A stretch of DNA of 64,000 nucleotides, taken from Candidatus Omnitrophota bacterium (lineage in GTDB: Bacteria; Omnitrophota; Gorgyraeia; Zapsychrales; Fredricksoniimonadaceae). Both the position numbers and the translations under genes were made by a program. Of this stretch, positions 9,885 to 19,653 are shown in pieces. Under the pieces are notes generated by a model. The model had not been told where the DNA came from and ran no database searches. It saw only the letters and a list, made by a program, of their open reading frames with translations. Location: NCBI GenBank assembly GCA_015233335.1, contig JADFXX010000002.1, forward strand, positions 64,891 to 128,890, given 5' to 3'. Every line of letters starts with the position of its first letter. Position 1 is the stretch's first letter.

Positions 9885-11793
9885 GTTTTATCTTTACCTC
9901 TTTCTTTAAATGTTCAATAGATTCTTTAAGAAGTCGACAATACAGATCAAACCCTATACTGGTAATAAATCCATGCTGTTGGGCTCCCAATAAATTCCCG
10001 GCACCACGGATCTGCAGGTCCTCAAAAGCGATATGGAAACCCGCCCCCAGATCGCTGTGTTTCTCAATGGCCTTGAGCCTCTGACGAGATATTTCCGACT
10101 GAAGCTCTCTTTTGGGCACAATGAAATATGCAAACGCCTGGATGTCCAAACGGCCGACTCTGCCACGCAACTGGTGCAAATCTGCCAGTCCGAATCTATC
10201 AGCACGATTGACGATCAGCGTATTAGCACAGGGCACGTCAATCCCGGACTCGATAATCGTCGTACAAACCAGAATATCTACTTCATGCTTGAGGAATTTT
10301 AACATAATCTCCTCCAAAGGGCGAGCGCTCATTTGTCCATGAGCTACGGCGAGACGAGCATGAGGAACCAGTTTTCTGACAGATTCAGCGACTTTATCAA
10401 TATTTTCGACACGGTTATGTAAAAAAAATACTTGCCCATCACGCGCCAGCTCATGCTCAAGGGCTTCTTGAATGAGCTTTTCATCAAAATCAATAATCTG
10501 AGTTTTCACAGCCAGACGATTAGTCGGCGGAGTTGAGATCACAGACATGTCCCGAGCTCCAGAAAGAGCCATATACAGTGTGCGCGGAATAGGAGTGGCT
10601 GTCAGGGTCATCACATCCGCAAGCAGGCGAAAATGCTTTAATTTTTCCTTAGATTTCACCCCAAAGCGTTGTTCCTCATCAATGATCACCAAGCCCAGAT
10701 CCTTAAAAGCAACATCACCCGATAAGAGCCGATGCGTTCCGATAATAATATCAACCTTGCCCTCACGGGTCTCCTGAACGATCCGTTTTTGCTCAAGCTT
10801 AGTTCGAAAACGTGAAAGCATCCCCACTTTAACAGGAAATCCGTCCAGTCGCTTGCTGAAGTTATAATAATGCTGTTCAGCTAATATCGTCGTAGGAACC
10901 AAGATTGCAACCTGTTTGTTGTCCATCACCGCTTTAAAGGCCGCGCGCATGGCCACCTCAGTTTTACCATAGCCAACATCACCGCAAATCAACCGGTCCA
11001 TGGGACGCTGCGACTCCATATCACCTTTCGTTTCAAGCGTTGCCCTTAATTGGTCAGGAGTTTCCTTATAAGGAAATTTAGCCTCGAATTCTTTTTGCCA
11101 TTCACTATCAGGTGAAAAGGAAAATCCGGCCAATTGCGCCCGTAAAGCTTGTGTGCGAAGAAGCTCAGCGGCCAACAACCTTAATTTCTTTTCAACAGCC
11201 CGACGGGTAGCCAGCCACTCCTTACTGCCCAATTTATGCAATCGTGCCGGGCGCTTAGAAAAAGAAACATATTTCTGTACCAAATGTATATCGTGTTTGG
11301 GAACAAATAATTTGTCCCCACCCTTATATTCAATAACCAAATGCTCAACGCTTTGGCCGAGAGTTTTGCTCTCAAGCGAATTAGGTCTTTTATCAAATTC
11401 TCTGATACCTACAAAACGCCCTATGCCGTGATGATTATGGACGACATAATCACCCTGTTGGATATCCACAAAACTATTGATAGGAACCTCAGAAGAAAAA
11501 ACAACTTGGGAGGAAGTTTTGTAAGGAACTACCAAGACGATGCGGTGTTCATCAATATTCTTTGCACTAACAGGATCAAAACCATGAATTGAAAGAATGG
11601 TATCATCATTGATATCCAAACGTAACGGAATCTCAAAATGGGCCGGATAAATATCAAGTACTCCTCCGCGCAGGGCAAACTCGCCCTCTTTATAAACTTT
11701 TGTCGCCCGGGAATACCCAAAGGCGACAAGTGTTTGGAGGATCTCCTCGATGTTGACCTTTTGACCGATCAAAAATTCAAGAGACTTAAACAT
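9871..11793 (-). CDS. mfd: Transcription-repair coupling factor, compact form (D2-RID-translocase only)
   Basis: 640 aa. GEFALRGGVLDIYP (UvrB-homology D2). GDYVVHNHHGIGRFVGI (RNAP-interacting domain, RID). Helicase motifs GDVGYGKTEVA, DEEQRFGV, TATPIPRT and QLRGRVGR. TRG motif IRGAGNLLGAQQHG. An in-frame TAA lies immediately 5' of the ATG. Confidence 0.88.
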   Translation of the reverse strand: MFKSLEFLIGQKVNIEEILQTLVAFGYSRATKVYKEGEFALRGGVLDIYPAHFEIPLRLDINDDTILSIHGFDPVSAKNIDEHRIVLVVPYKTSSQVVFSSEVPINSFVDIQQGDYVVHNHHGIGRFVGIREFDKRPNSLESKTLGQSVEHLVIEYKGGDKLFVPKHDIHLVQKYVSFSKRPARLHKLGSKEWLATRRAVEKKLRLLAAELLRTQALRAQLAGFSFSPDSEWQKEFEAKFPYKETPDQLRATLETKGDMESQRPMDRLICGDVGYGKTEVAMRAAFKAVMDNKQVAILVPTTILAEQHYYNFSKRLDGFPVKVGMLSRFRTKLEQKRIVQETREGKVDIIIGTHRLLSGDVAFKDLGLVIIDEEQRFGVKSKEKLKHFRLLADVMTLTATPIPRTLYMALSGARDMSVISTPPTNRLAVKTQIIDFDEKLIQEALEHELARDGQVFFLHNRVENIDKVAESVRKLVPHARLAVAHGQMSARPLEEIMLKFLKHEVDILVCTTIIESGIDVPCANTLIVNRADRFGLADLHQLRGRVGRLDIQAFAYFIVPKRELQSEISRQRLKAIEKHSDLGAGFHIAFEDLQIRGAGNLLGAQQHGFITSIGFDLYCRLLKESIEHLKKEVKIKHDTT

Positions 11794-12303
11794 TTACTTT
11801 TTCACATGTAGATTTATTTCATTTTCTACCCAATGAAAGGCGTCTTCTCCAGAGGCAATGACAGATTGATTGCGATCTACAATAACAAAATAAGGAAAAT
11901 ATTTGACATGCAGAGCTTTGAGGAACTGATCATGAAAGTCTAGATAGACCGGGGGGCTGATCCGGGCTGCCATTTCATTAATAGCTTGCCTTTCACCATT
12001 ACCAACAATGACTTTCAATCCCGGACGATCATCAGCTTTCCAGGAACTCCTATAATCAGTAATGACCGGCAACAATTCTCGACAATGTGGGCACCAAGGG
12101 GCAAGATAAATATAAACACAATATCCCCTGTCAATAGCACATGGCCCCGGGGCGCCCCATAAAAAGGTTCTACTGTCTTGTGAATACGTTACCAGAAAAT
12201 CAAATGCTGTTTTTGATAATTTAGGGTGGTAGAAAGTCTTCCACCCCACAATTGTTATGATCCCAATGACGATAAGAAATTTTCTAATCCTGAGATCTAC
12301 CAT
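11794..12303 (-). CDS. Membrane-anchored thioredoxin-fold thiol-disulfide oxidoreductase (TlpA/ResA-like)
   Basis: 169 aa. N-terminal TM helix and a WCPHC active-site motif. Confidence 0.75.
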   Translation of the reverse strand: MVDLRIRKFLIVIGIITIVGWKTFYHPKLSKTAFDFLVTYSQDSRTFLWGAPGPCAIDRGYCVYIYLAPWCPHCRELLPVITDYRSSWKADDRPGLKVIVGNGERQAINEMAARISPPVYLDFHDQFLKALHVKYFPYFVIVDRNQSVIASGEDAFHWVENEINLHVKK

Positions 12304-14510
12304 TTTTTACTGCCGTGCCACATCAAAAACAGCGGAGAAACAATATACACAGTCGAATATGTTCCAAAGAAAAACCCGAGCATTAGGACTAGGGCGAAGG
12401 TATTTAACACTTCACCGCCGACGAAGTACAAAGCAAAGACTGAAAGCATAGTGACAAACGTGGTTAAAATAGTCCTCCCAAGGGTCTGATTGATGCTGTC
12501 ATTGATAATATCACTCAGCGATTTATTGCGGATCTTCGGCACATTTTCACGAACCCTGTCATAAATGATAATGCTGTCATTGATGGAATAACCGGCAACC
12601 GTCATAAGTGCCGTCACGACTAACAAATCCACCTGCCGGCCCATGAGCACAATCAACCCTAATGTGATCAGGACATCATGAAAAATAGCAAGGACAGCCG
12701 CAGCCGCGAAATCATAGTGCTTGAAACGTATTCCCACGTAGATGAGCATGCCGAAAAGTGCCAGAGCAATGGCCATAACGGCCTTGGTGCGCAGGGTTTG
12801 CCCAACGACCGGACCCACCTTTTCCACCCTTAAAACCTGAAAATGATCATCCGGCATTTTTTGTTTGAAAAGAGCCAACACCTGCTCATGGATGTCTTCA
12901 CTTGTTTCCGGAGTGCGCAAAATAATATTAGTAGGCGCATTGGCAAAATCCTGGATGACCACATGCTCCATCTTGGCCTCTTTAAACATCGCACGCAAAT
13001 GGTCCGCCGATACAGGTTTGTCAAACCTGAATTCCTGGATCTGACCTCCGGCAAAATCAATGCCGTAAACACTGTCTTTTTTCACAACCAGATTGACCAT
13101 GCCCCAGGTCAATAGCGCAACGGAAAAGGCGAAACAAATATACTTTTTGTTTAAAAAATTAAAATTCGGTTTGCTAAAAATATGCATCATGGGCAGTGCT
13201 TTGATCAAACGTCTTTCAGTCAGGAAATTAAAAAACGTACGCGTAATAAAAATAGACGTCAAAAGGCTCGCCAAAAGACCGATGGTAAGCGTCACAGCAA
13301 ACCCTTTGATCGGCCCGGAACCGAATTGAAAGAGCATTGCACCTGCAATCAAAGAAGTCACGTGCGAATCAATGATCGCCGCCATGGCACGAGAGTAGCC
13401 CGTATTAATCGCCGCGGTAAGCGGACGGCCCAGATCTATTTCTTCGCGGATACGCTCATTAATAAGCACGTTGGCATCGACCGCCATACCCAAGGTCAAA
13501 ATAATACCTGCTATGCCGGGTAAAGTTAAAGTCATCTGGGAGTCCGGCATAAGAATATTCAAAAGCCCCATGCCTCCTAAAACCATCAGCAGATTAATGG
13601 TCAAAGCCAAAGAGGCAATAATGCCCCCGAGTAAATAATAACCGGACATAAATAGGACAATTAAAACCCCGCCTAAGATCGTGGCCCTGATACCGGCTTC
13701 AATGGAATCCTTCCCTAATAAGGGCCCAATGGTGCGCTCTTCTTCAATATGCATCGGAACGGGCAGGGCCCCTGTCCGTAAAGCTAAGGCTAAAAGCGAT
13801 GCCTCTTCAAACTTAAACTCTCCGGTGATTTCCGCATTGCCGGTTAAAATGGGCTCGCGGATATTAGGTGCCGAAAGCACCTCACCATCCATGACAATGG
13901 CCAGACGTTCATTGACATGCGCTGTTGTCAGGTCTCCAAAATCCTTGCTTCCCTTATCATTGAACGTCATGGAAATCTTAGGCTGCATCCCGGTACGGTC
14001 AAAATCCACGTGCGCCTCTTTAATGCCCTCTCCGCCTAAAGCCACCTGTTTATAGATCAAAATGGACGAACCGCCTTCTTTTCTCATGACCATCAACAAA
14101 TCACCATCAGGGACATGCCCCGCCAGCGCATCTTTTAATTTACTGTCATCCGGATCAACCAAATGAAATTCCAAATGCGCGACACGTCCGACAATATCAA
14201 GGGCCTTTTCCCTGTCAGTCACACCGGGCAGTTGCACTAAAATCTGATTTTCACCCTGACGCTGGATTAAAGTTTCGCCCACTCCTAAACCGTCAATACG
14301 ATTACGTAAAATTTCCATGGACTTAAGCACCGCATCTTCACGGGCAGCGGCCGAGCGAAGTTGATCGTTCTCGACCTTTAAAATCAAGTGCATACCGCCT
14401 TTAAGATCAAGACCCAGATTGATCCGCTTATTGATAGGGATGATTGAAGCAAAACAGCCCACTATAACGCACAGCACAATGATGAAACGTTTACGTAAAT
14501 CTGCACTCAT
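12297..14510 (-). CDS. secDF: Fused protein-export membrane protein SecD/SecF
   Basis: 737 aa. SecD periplasmic domain plus two 6-TM SecD/SecF modules in a single ORF. ATGA overlap with yajC. Confidence 0.92.
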   Translation of the reverse strand: MSADLRKRFIIVLCVIVGCFASIIPINKRINLGLDLKGGMHLILKVENDQLRSAAAREDAVLKSMEILRNRIDGLGVGETLIQRQGENQILVQLPGVTDREKALDIVGRVAHLEFHLVDPDDSKLKDALAGHVPDGDLLMVMRKEGGSSILIYKQVALGGEGIKEAHVDFDRTGMQPKISMTFNDKGSKDFGDLTTAHVNERLAIVMDGEVLSAPNIREPILTGNAEITGEFKFEEASLLALALRTGALPVPMHIEEERTIGPLLGKDSIEAGIRATILGGVLIVLFMSGYYLLGGIIASLALTINLLMVLGGMGLLNILMPDSQMTLTLPGIAGIILTLGMAVDANVLINERIREEIDLGRPLTAAINTGYSRAMAAIIDSHVTSLIAGAMLFQFGSGPIKGFAVTLTIGLLASLLTSIFITRTFFNFLTERRLIKALPMMHIFSKPNFNFLNKKYICFAFSVALLTWGMVNLVVKKDSVYGIDFAGGQIQEFRFDKPVSADHLRAMFKEAKMEHVVIQDFANAPTNIILRTPETSEDIHEQVLALFKQKMPDDHFQVLRVEKVGPVVGQTLRTKAVMAIALALFGMLIYVGIRFKHYDFAAAAVLAIFHDVLITLGLIVLMGRQVDLLVVTALMTVAGYSINDSIIIYDRVRENVPKIRNKSLSDIINDSINQTLGRTILTTFVTMLSVFALYFVGGEVLNTFALVLMLGFFFGTYSTVYIVSPLFLMWHGSKKW

Positions 14511-14803
14511 TTGACCACCTCGGGCTTTAGTTCACTGTTGACGACAGAGGCAATGGCTTCACGATCAAACTCAATACGGCAACCTTCATCCACGCGCACA
14601 ACCACGGTCTTATCTTTGACAATAACCACCGTACCGTGAATACCTGAAGCGGTGATGACCTCGTCATTTTTTTTAAGATTAGCCAGCATCTCTTGGGTCT
14701 TTTTCTGCTGCTGGCGTTGAGGACGGATGATAAAAAAATAGAATATGAAGAAAATAGGGACATACAAAAAAAGAATCTGTGTTAATCCTGATTGTTGAGG
14801 CAT
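14507..14803 (-). CDS. yajC: Preprotein translocase subunit YajC
   Basis: 98 aa. Single TM helix, RPQRQQQKK, then LKKNDEVITASGIHGTVV, typical of YajC. Upstream of secDF. Confidence 0.88.
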   Translation of the reverse strand: MPQQSGLTQILFLYVPIFFIFYFFIIRPQRQQQKKTQEMLANLKKNDEVITASGIHGTVVIVKDKTVVVRVDEGCRIEFDREAIASVVNSELKPEVVK

Positions 14804-14819
14804 GGATATCCTTTCTGAC

Positions 14820-15059
14820 CTACTTGACTTTTTTCATCAAACTTCTGACCGTATCGCTCATCTGAGCGCCTTTCGCGACCCAAGCGTTGATCTTTTCCTT
14901 ATTAACCGAATAATAGGACTTCTTGGCAGGATCATAATATCCCAAAATGTCCAAAGTACGACCATCCCGGCCTTCTTTGCCCGCCATCGCCACTACGCGG
15001 TAATTATAAGTCTTATTAGAAGATTTACCTGCTTTTTGTAAACGGATTCTTACTTCCAT
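14820..15059 (-). CDS. rpsP: 30S ribosomal protein S16
   Basis: 79 aa. VRIRLQKAGKS...YRVVA...GRDGR..LGYYDP is typical of bS16. Confidence 0.93.
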   Translation of the reverse strand: MEVRIRLQKAGKSSNKTYNYRVVAMAGKEGRDGRTLDILGYYDPAKKSYYSVNKEKINAWVAKGAQMSDTVRSLMKKVK

Positions 15060-15089
15060 GATTTTTAACTTCCTTTCTTAGTGTTGTAC

Positions 15090-16586
15090 TTAATAATGAG
15101 CCAGTTCAATGGCCTTAATCTGCGCCCGGGCTTTGTTCATCGTTTCCGTGTATTCCGTGGCAGGATCGGAATCAGCCACGATACCGGCCCCGGCCTGGAC
15201 ATAAGCCTTGGTCTTATGAACCACTATTGTACGTATAGTTATGCAAGTATCAAGGTTTTTCGAAAAACTAAAATAACCGACAGCCCCCCCGTAAGGTCCC
15301 CGTTTTTGGGTTTCTAAGTCCTCAATGATTTCCATGGCCCGGATCTTAGGCGCGCCGGTCAAAGTGCCGGCTGGAAATGCCGCTTCTAAAACATCCAAAG
15401 CGTCCTTATCGCGGCGCAACTTGCCTTGCACATTACTGACAATATGCATCACATGAGAGTATTTCTCAATGGCCATGAACTCGGAAAGTGACACTGACCC
15501 TTTGACACATACACGCCCCAAATCATTGCGTCCTAGATCAACGAGCATAATATGCTCCGCCTTTTCTTTAGGGTCCGCCAAAAGGTCCTTGATCAGGGCC
15601 TGGTCCTCTGCCTCATTGTTTCCACGAGGACGGGTGCCCGCAATTGGACGGGTTTCAACCAGGCCGTTTTCACAACGCACCAAAAGCTCTGGAGAAGCCC
15701 CCACCAGCTGCAAACCGTTGAAATTCAAAAAAAACATATACGGTGAAGGGTTAAGCACACGCAGGGATCGATAAATTTCAAAAGCATCAACGCTGATATT
15801 CACTTTATAACGCTGGGATAGGACGATCTGAAAAATATCCCCGGCTTTAATATGCGATTTGCCTTTGAGCACCATTTGTTCGTATTGTTTCTGCGTGCAG
15901 TTTGAGCTAACGGCTATCTTTTTTTTAGATCCTTTTCGAAGATCAGGCACTGATAAGGGTTTTTGCAAATCCGCGATCAGAGTATCAATGGCCTTGAGGG
16001 CTGCATTATATTTCTTAATCTTTTGTCCGAGGCTGTCCTGATTCTCCAAATGAACACAACTCACAACTTTTATGGTGTGATGACGATGATCAAAAATTAC
16101 TAAATTTTTAGTCATTGCCAAACAAACATCCGGAAGTTTCAAGTCATCTTCGGTCTTATCCGGCAGACGTTCAAAAAAACGGACACAATCATAACCCAAG
16201 TACCCTACCATCCCGCCATAAAAACGGGGCAGGCCTGCCACGTCCACAGCACGGTAATCTTTCATCAGCTGACGCACCATTGCCAACGGAGATGTGTTAA
16301 TCATCAATGTCTGGGATTCAAGCTGCCCCTTAACACGGCGCAAGATCTGGGCCTCATGACCTTTAACGATAAAGATCAACTGAGGATCACGGGCGATAAA
16401 AGAATATCTGGCAATTTTTTCTTCGCCTTCAACCGATTCCAATAAAAACGAATAAAAACGCCCTGAGGCCAGTTTATAATATGCCGACACCGGCGTTTCC
16501 AGATCTCCCGGAGTTTCCCTGAAAACCGGGATCAAATTTCCCTGACGGCTTAATTTTAAGAATTCTTCCTTAGATAAATAGTTCAT
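15090..16586 (-). CDS. trpE: Anthranilate synthase component I
   Basis: 498 aa. LLESVEG feedback-site motif, chorismate-binding domain GTLTGAPKIRAMEII and GAGIVADSDP. Confidence 0.82.
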   Translation of the reverse strand: MNYLSKEEFLKLSRQGNLIPVFRETPGDLETPVSAYYKLASGRFYSFLLESVEGEEKIARYSFIARDPQLIFIVKGHEAQILRRVKGQLESQTLMINTSPLAMVRQLMKDYRAVDVAGLPRFYGGMVGYLGYDCVRFFERLPDKTEDDLKLPDVCLAMTKNLVIFDHRHHTIKVVSCVHLENQDSLGQKIKKYNAALKAIDTLIADLQKPLSVPDLRKGSKKKIAVSSNCTQKQYEQMVLKGKSHIKAGDIFQIVLSQRYKVNISVDAFEIYRSLRVLNPSPYMFFLNFNGLQLVGASPELLVRCENGLVETRPIAGTRPRGNNEAEDQALIKDLLADPKEKAEHIMLVDLGRNDLGRVCVKGSVSLSEFMAIEKYSHVMHIVSNVQGKLRRDKDALDVLEAAFPAGTLTGAPKIRAMEIIEDLETQKRGPYGGAVGYFSFSKNLDTCITIRTIVVHKTKAYVQAGAGIVADSDPATEYTETMNKARAQIKAIELAHY

Positions 16587-16594
16587 ATTTGCAA

Positions 16595-16954
16595 TTATTT
16601 GATTTTCCTATAAAAACAACTGCGTTGATTTGTATGACAGGCAGCCCCCACCTGATCAACCTTCATTAAAAGGACATCACAGTCACAGTCATAATAAATT
16701 TCTTTCACATGTTGAAAGTGCCCCGATGTCTCCCCTTTGACCCAATAGGCCTTGCGCGACCGCGACCAATAAGAAGCTTTGCCATTTTTCAATGTGTCGC
16801 GCAATGAATCTATGTTCATCCAAGCCATCATCAAAACTTCATTGTTCAGATAATCCTGGGCAATGGCTGGGATCAAACCATCTGAATTGAATTTCAATTT
16901 ATCAAGATTGTCCTTTGTGATTTGGATTGTTTCTTCTTCAGGATTTGCGCTCAT
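16595..16954 (-). CDS. hisI: Phosphoribosyl-AMP cyclohydrolase (monofunctional)
   Basis: 119 aa. Motifs [13 protein letters not shown]...WVKGETSG and CDCD. No HisE domain. Confidence 0.9.
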   Translation of the reverse strand: MSANPEEETIQITKDNLDKLKFNSDGLIPAIAQDYLNNEVLMMAWMNIDSLRDTLKNGKASYWSRSRKAYWVKGETSGHFQHVKEIYYDCDCDVLLMKVDQVGAACHTNQRSCFYRKIK

Positions 16955-17703
16955 CGCACACTCACTTTCTTTTGTTTTAAATATTCCTTAACTTGAAAAA
17001 CTGGAATGGTGCCGTAATGAAAAACCGAAGCTGCAAGGGCCGCGTCAGCTGTTGTATCATTAAAGAGCTGATAAAAATGCTCCAGGGCACCTGCTCCGCC
17101 GGAAGCAATCACCGGAATGCTCACGGCTTGGGCAACAGCCCCGGTCAAGGAGAGGTCATAACCGTTTTGTGTGCCGTCCGCGTCCATGCTAGTCAGTAAA
17201 ATTTCTCCCGCACCGTGAATTTGGGCCTCACGGGCCCAGTCAATCGCATCGCGCCCGGTAGGGGTGCGGCCTCCATGCGTATAGACTTCCCAACGGTTGC
17301 CCGTACGTTTGGCATCGATGGCCACCACAATGCATTGGGATCCGAACATATTGGCTGCCCGTGCGATCAACCCCGGCTCATTAACGGCTGATGTATTTAT
17401 GGAAACCTTATCCGCGCCGGCATTAAGCAAGTTGCGTATATCACTGACATTACTGATACCTCCGCCTACCGTCAAAGGCATAAATACACATTCAGCGCAT
17501 CTTTGCACCACATCCAAGAAAATTTTCCGGTTTTCATGACTTGCGGTAATATCAAGAAAGACCAGTTCATCCGCAAGCGCGTCATCGTAAGCTTTGGCGC
17601 AGTCAACAGGGTCACCGGCATCTTTGAGGGAAACAAAATTTACCCCCTTGACGACCCTTCCGTCTTTGACATCCAAACATGGAATAATACGTTTATTGAG
17701 CAT
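16951..17703 (-). CDS. hisF: Imidazole glycerol phosphate synthase cyclase subunit
   Basis: 250 aa. [16 protein letters not shown] and GADKVSINT are typical of HisF. Confidence 0.95.
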   Translation of the reverse strand: MLNKRIIPCLDVKDGRVVKGVNFVSLKDAGDPVDCAKAYDDALADELVFLDITASHENRKIFLDVVQRCAECVFMPLTVGGGISNVSDIRNLLNAGADKVSINTSAVNEPGLIARAANMFGSQCIVVAIDAKRTGNRWEVYTHGGRTPTGRDAIDWAREAQIHGAGEILLTSMDADGTQNGYDLSLTGAVAQAVSIPVIASGGAGALEHFYQLFNDTTADAALAASVFHYGTIPVFQVKEYLKQKKVSVR

Positions 17704-18418
17704 TCAACAGATTGACAGCTTCTTTAAAATCCAAATTACCTTCATAAATTGCCTTTCCCGTAATAGCTGCGGCAAGACCTTTCATAGAGGCTAACTTGCG
17801 TACGTCTTCAAGCGTGGCAATGCCTCCGGAAGCAATGACGTTAACTCTTTTAACGGTATTGAGGATCGTTTGCAATTGGTCAAAATTAGGACCGCTAAGC
17901 GCGCCGTCACGAGCAATATCGGTATAAACCAACCATCGTAAACCCATCGCTTCTAATTCAGGTACTAAATCAGTGGCTTTAATATTGGTGAGCGAAACCC
18001 AACCGCTGTGTGTCACAAAACCGTTAGAACAATCAAGGCTGACACAAATTTTATCCCCGTAAAGAGCCAGCATATTTCTTAAAAATGGACGGTCTTCAAT
18101 GGCCTTCGTGCCTAAGATCACCCGCTTGACACCGGCCTTAATTAAATCTTCGACTGTTTTCCCGTCGCGGATCCCTCCCCCCACCTCAACAGGAATATCG
18201 ACCTTTTGAGTGACATCAATAATGTGGTCTTTATTCCCCATTGTCCCGTTTTTAGCCCCATCCAAATCAACCAGATGAAGCCATTGGGCACCCATTTGAC
18301 ACCATCGTTTGGCCGCCTTTAAAGGATCAGAATCGTAGTCCGTCTGTTTGCTAAAGTCACCCTGGAACAAGCGCACGACCAAACCATTTTTGATGTCGAC
18401 CGCAGGAATAAGGATCAT
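17693..18418 (-). CDS. hisA: ProFAR isomerase
   Basis: 241 aa. [12 protein letters not shown]...LHLVDLDGA...GGGIR is typical of HisA. Confidence 0.93.
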   Translation of the reverse strand: MILIPAVDIKNGLVVRLFQGDFSKQTDYDSDPLKAAKRWCQMGAQWLHLVDLDGAKNGTMGNKDHIIDVTQKVDIPVEVGGGIRDGKTVEDLIKAGVKRVILGTKAIEDRPFLRNMLALYGDKICVSLDCSNGFVTHSGWVSLTNIKATDLVPELEAMGLRWLVYTDIARDGALSGPNFDQLQTILNTVKRVNVIASGGIATLEDVRKLASMKGLAAAITGKAIYEGNLDFKEAVNLLNAQ

Positions 18419-19014
18419 AGCTCAATAAAATTCTGTAATATTTTTAAACCGACTTTTTGGCTTTTCTCCGGATGAAACTGTACGCCCCAGATATTATCAC
18501 GTTTCACTGCAGAGACAAAATTAACCCCGTAATGAGTGGTGGCAGCCGCAATAGCGTCATCTTTGGGCACAACAAAATAAGAATGACAAAAGTACACATT
18601 CTCATCTGACCCAAGGCCCGCAAAGAGTTTGCTGTTAGGCGCTTTAATCTGAATTTGATTCCATCCCATATGAGGGACTTTAAGCGCACTAAAACGCTCA
18701 ACACTGCCTTCGAGGATACGAAGTCCTTCGGAAAACCCGCCTTCTGAGCTTTTTTCAAACAACAGTTGCAAACCCAAACAAATCCCTAAAAAGGGTTTGC
18801 CGTCTTTGATGACTTGACGGATGGGCCCGATCAAGCCCAATTCCTGCAATTTCTGCCGGGCAGGCCCCATGGCCCCCACCCCAGGCAAAACCACCTTATC
18901 TGCTTTTAAAATATCCTCAACACTAGAAGTCACCCGTGCCTGTGCTCCCACATGCTCCAAAGCCTTATGTACACTGCGCAAATTCCCCATGCCATAATCA
19001 ATAATCGCAATCAT
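18415..19014 (-). CDS. hisH: Imidazole glycerol phosphate synthase glutaminase subunit
   Basis: 199 aa. Class I glutamine amidotransferase with GICLGLQ, HSY and FHPEKS. Confidence 0.93.
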   Translation of the reverse strand: MIAIIDYGMGNLRSVHKALEHVGAQARVTSSVEDILKADKVVLPGVGAMGPARQKLQELGLIGPIRQVIKDGKPFLGICLGLQLLFEKSSEGGFSEGLRILEGSVERFSALKVPHMGWNQIQIKAPNSKLFAGLGSDENVYFCHSYFVVPKDDAIAAATTHYGVNFVSAVKRDNIWGVQFHPEKSQKVGLKILQNFIEL

Positions 19015-19031
19015 ACGATCTTCCCAATCAA

Positions 19032-19640
19032 CTAATCAATGATCCCTTTTGTCGATGGCACATGGCCCAAACGGCGAGGATCAATAGTGGTAGCCTGGTC
19101 CAAGGCTAACCCCAAAGATTTAAACATGGTCTCCAAATTAGTATGCAGATCGTCACTGGGATTTTGAAGGGTCATAACCAAATTGGCCCCTAAATTGTGG
19201 GCAAAGCTCTCCATAAAATGTTCGAAATGGGAAAATTCATAACCATCCGTTCCCTTTTGAGAGGGCATCGGGCTTTCAGAATTAAATCTAAAAAAACCCC
19301 GACCGGAAATATCAATAACACAACGTCCCACGGTGGCCTCCATCGGCGCGAAAGCATACCCAAAACGCCTGATCCCTGCTTTCTGTTCACCCAAAGCTTT
19401 TTTAAATGCTTTTCCCAATACAATACCAATATCCTCATTAGTATGATGAATGTCAATGTGCGTATCCCCCGATACCGATAGATCCAGATCAAAAAATCCG
19501 TGAAAAATAAAAAGTTCAAGCATATGGTCCAAAAAACCTATCGGCGTCTTGATCTTTGTTTGACCGCTGCCGTCGATATTCAACGATGCCTTAATCTGGG
19601 TTTCTTTGCTTTTGCGCTCCATTTCCGCTCGACGTTGCAT
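19032..19640 (-). CDS. hisB: Imidazoleglycerol-phosphate dehydratase
   Basis: 202 aa. Motifs GFLDHML and DIHHTNEDIG. Monofunctional IGPD. Confidence 0.93.
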   Translation of the reverse strand: MQRRAEMERKSKETQIKASLNIDGSGQTKIKTPIGFLDHMLELFIFHGFFDLDLSVSGDTHIDIHHTNEDIGIVLGKAFKKALGEQKAGIRRFGYAFAPMEATVGRCVIDISGRGFFRFNSESPMPSQKGTDGYEFSHFEHFMESFAHNLGANLVMTLQNPSDDLHTNLETMFKSLGLALDQATTIDPRRLGHVPSTKGIID

Positions 19641-19653
19641 ATTTTATCCTTTT

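Noticed and set aside
9871-11793. The short helicase as RecG rather than Mfd
   Set aside because: It contains the CarD/TRCF-type RNAP-interacting motif GDYVVHNHHGIGRFVGI and the UvrB-homology GEFALRGGVLDIYP segment. RecG has neither.
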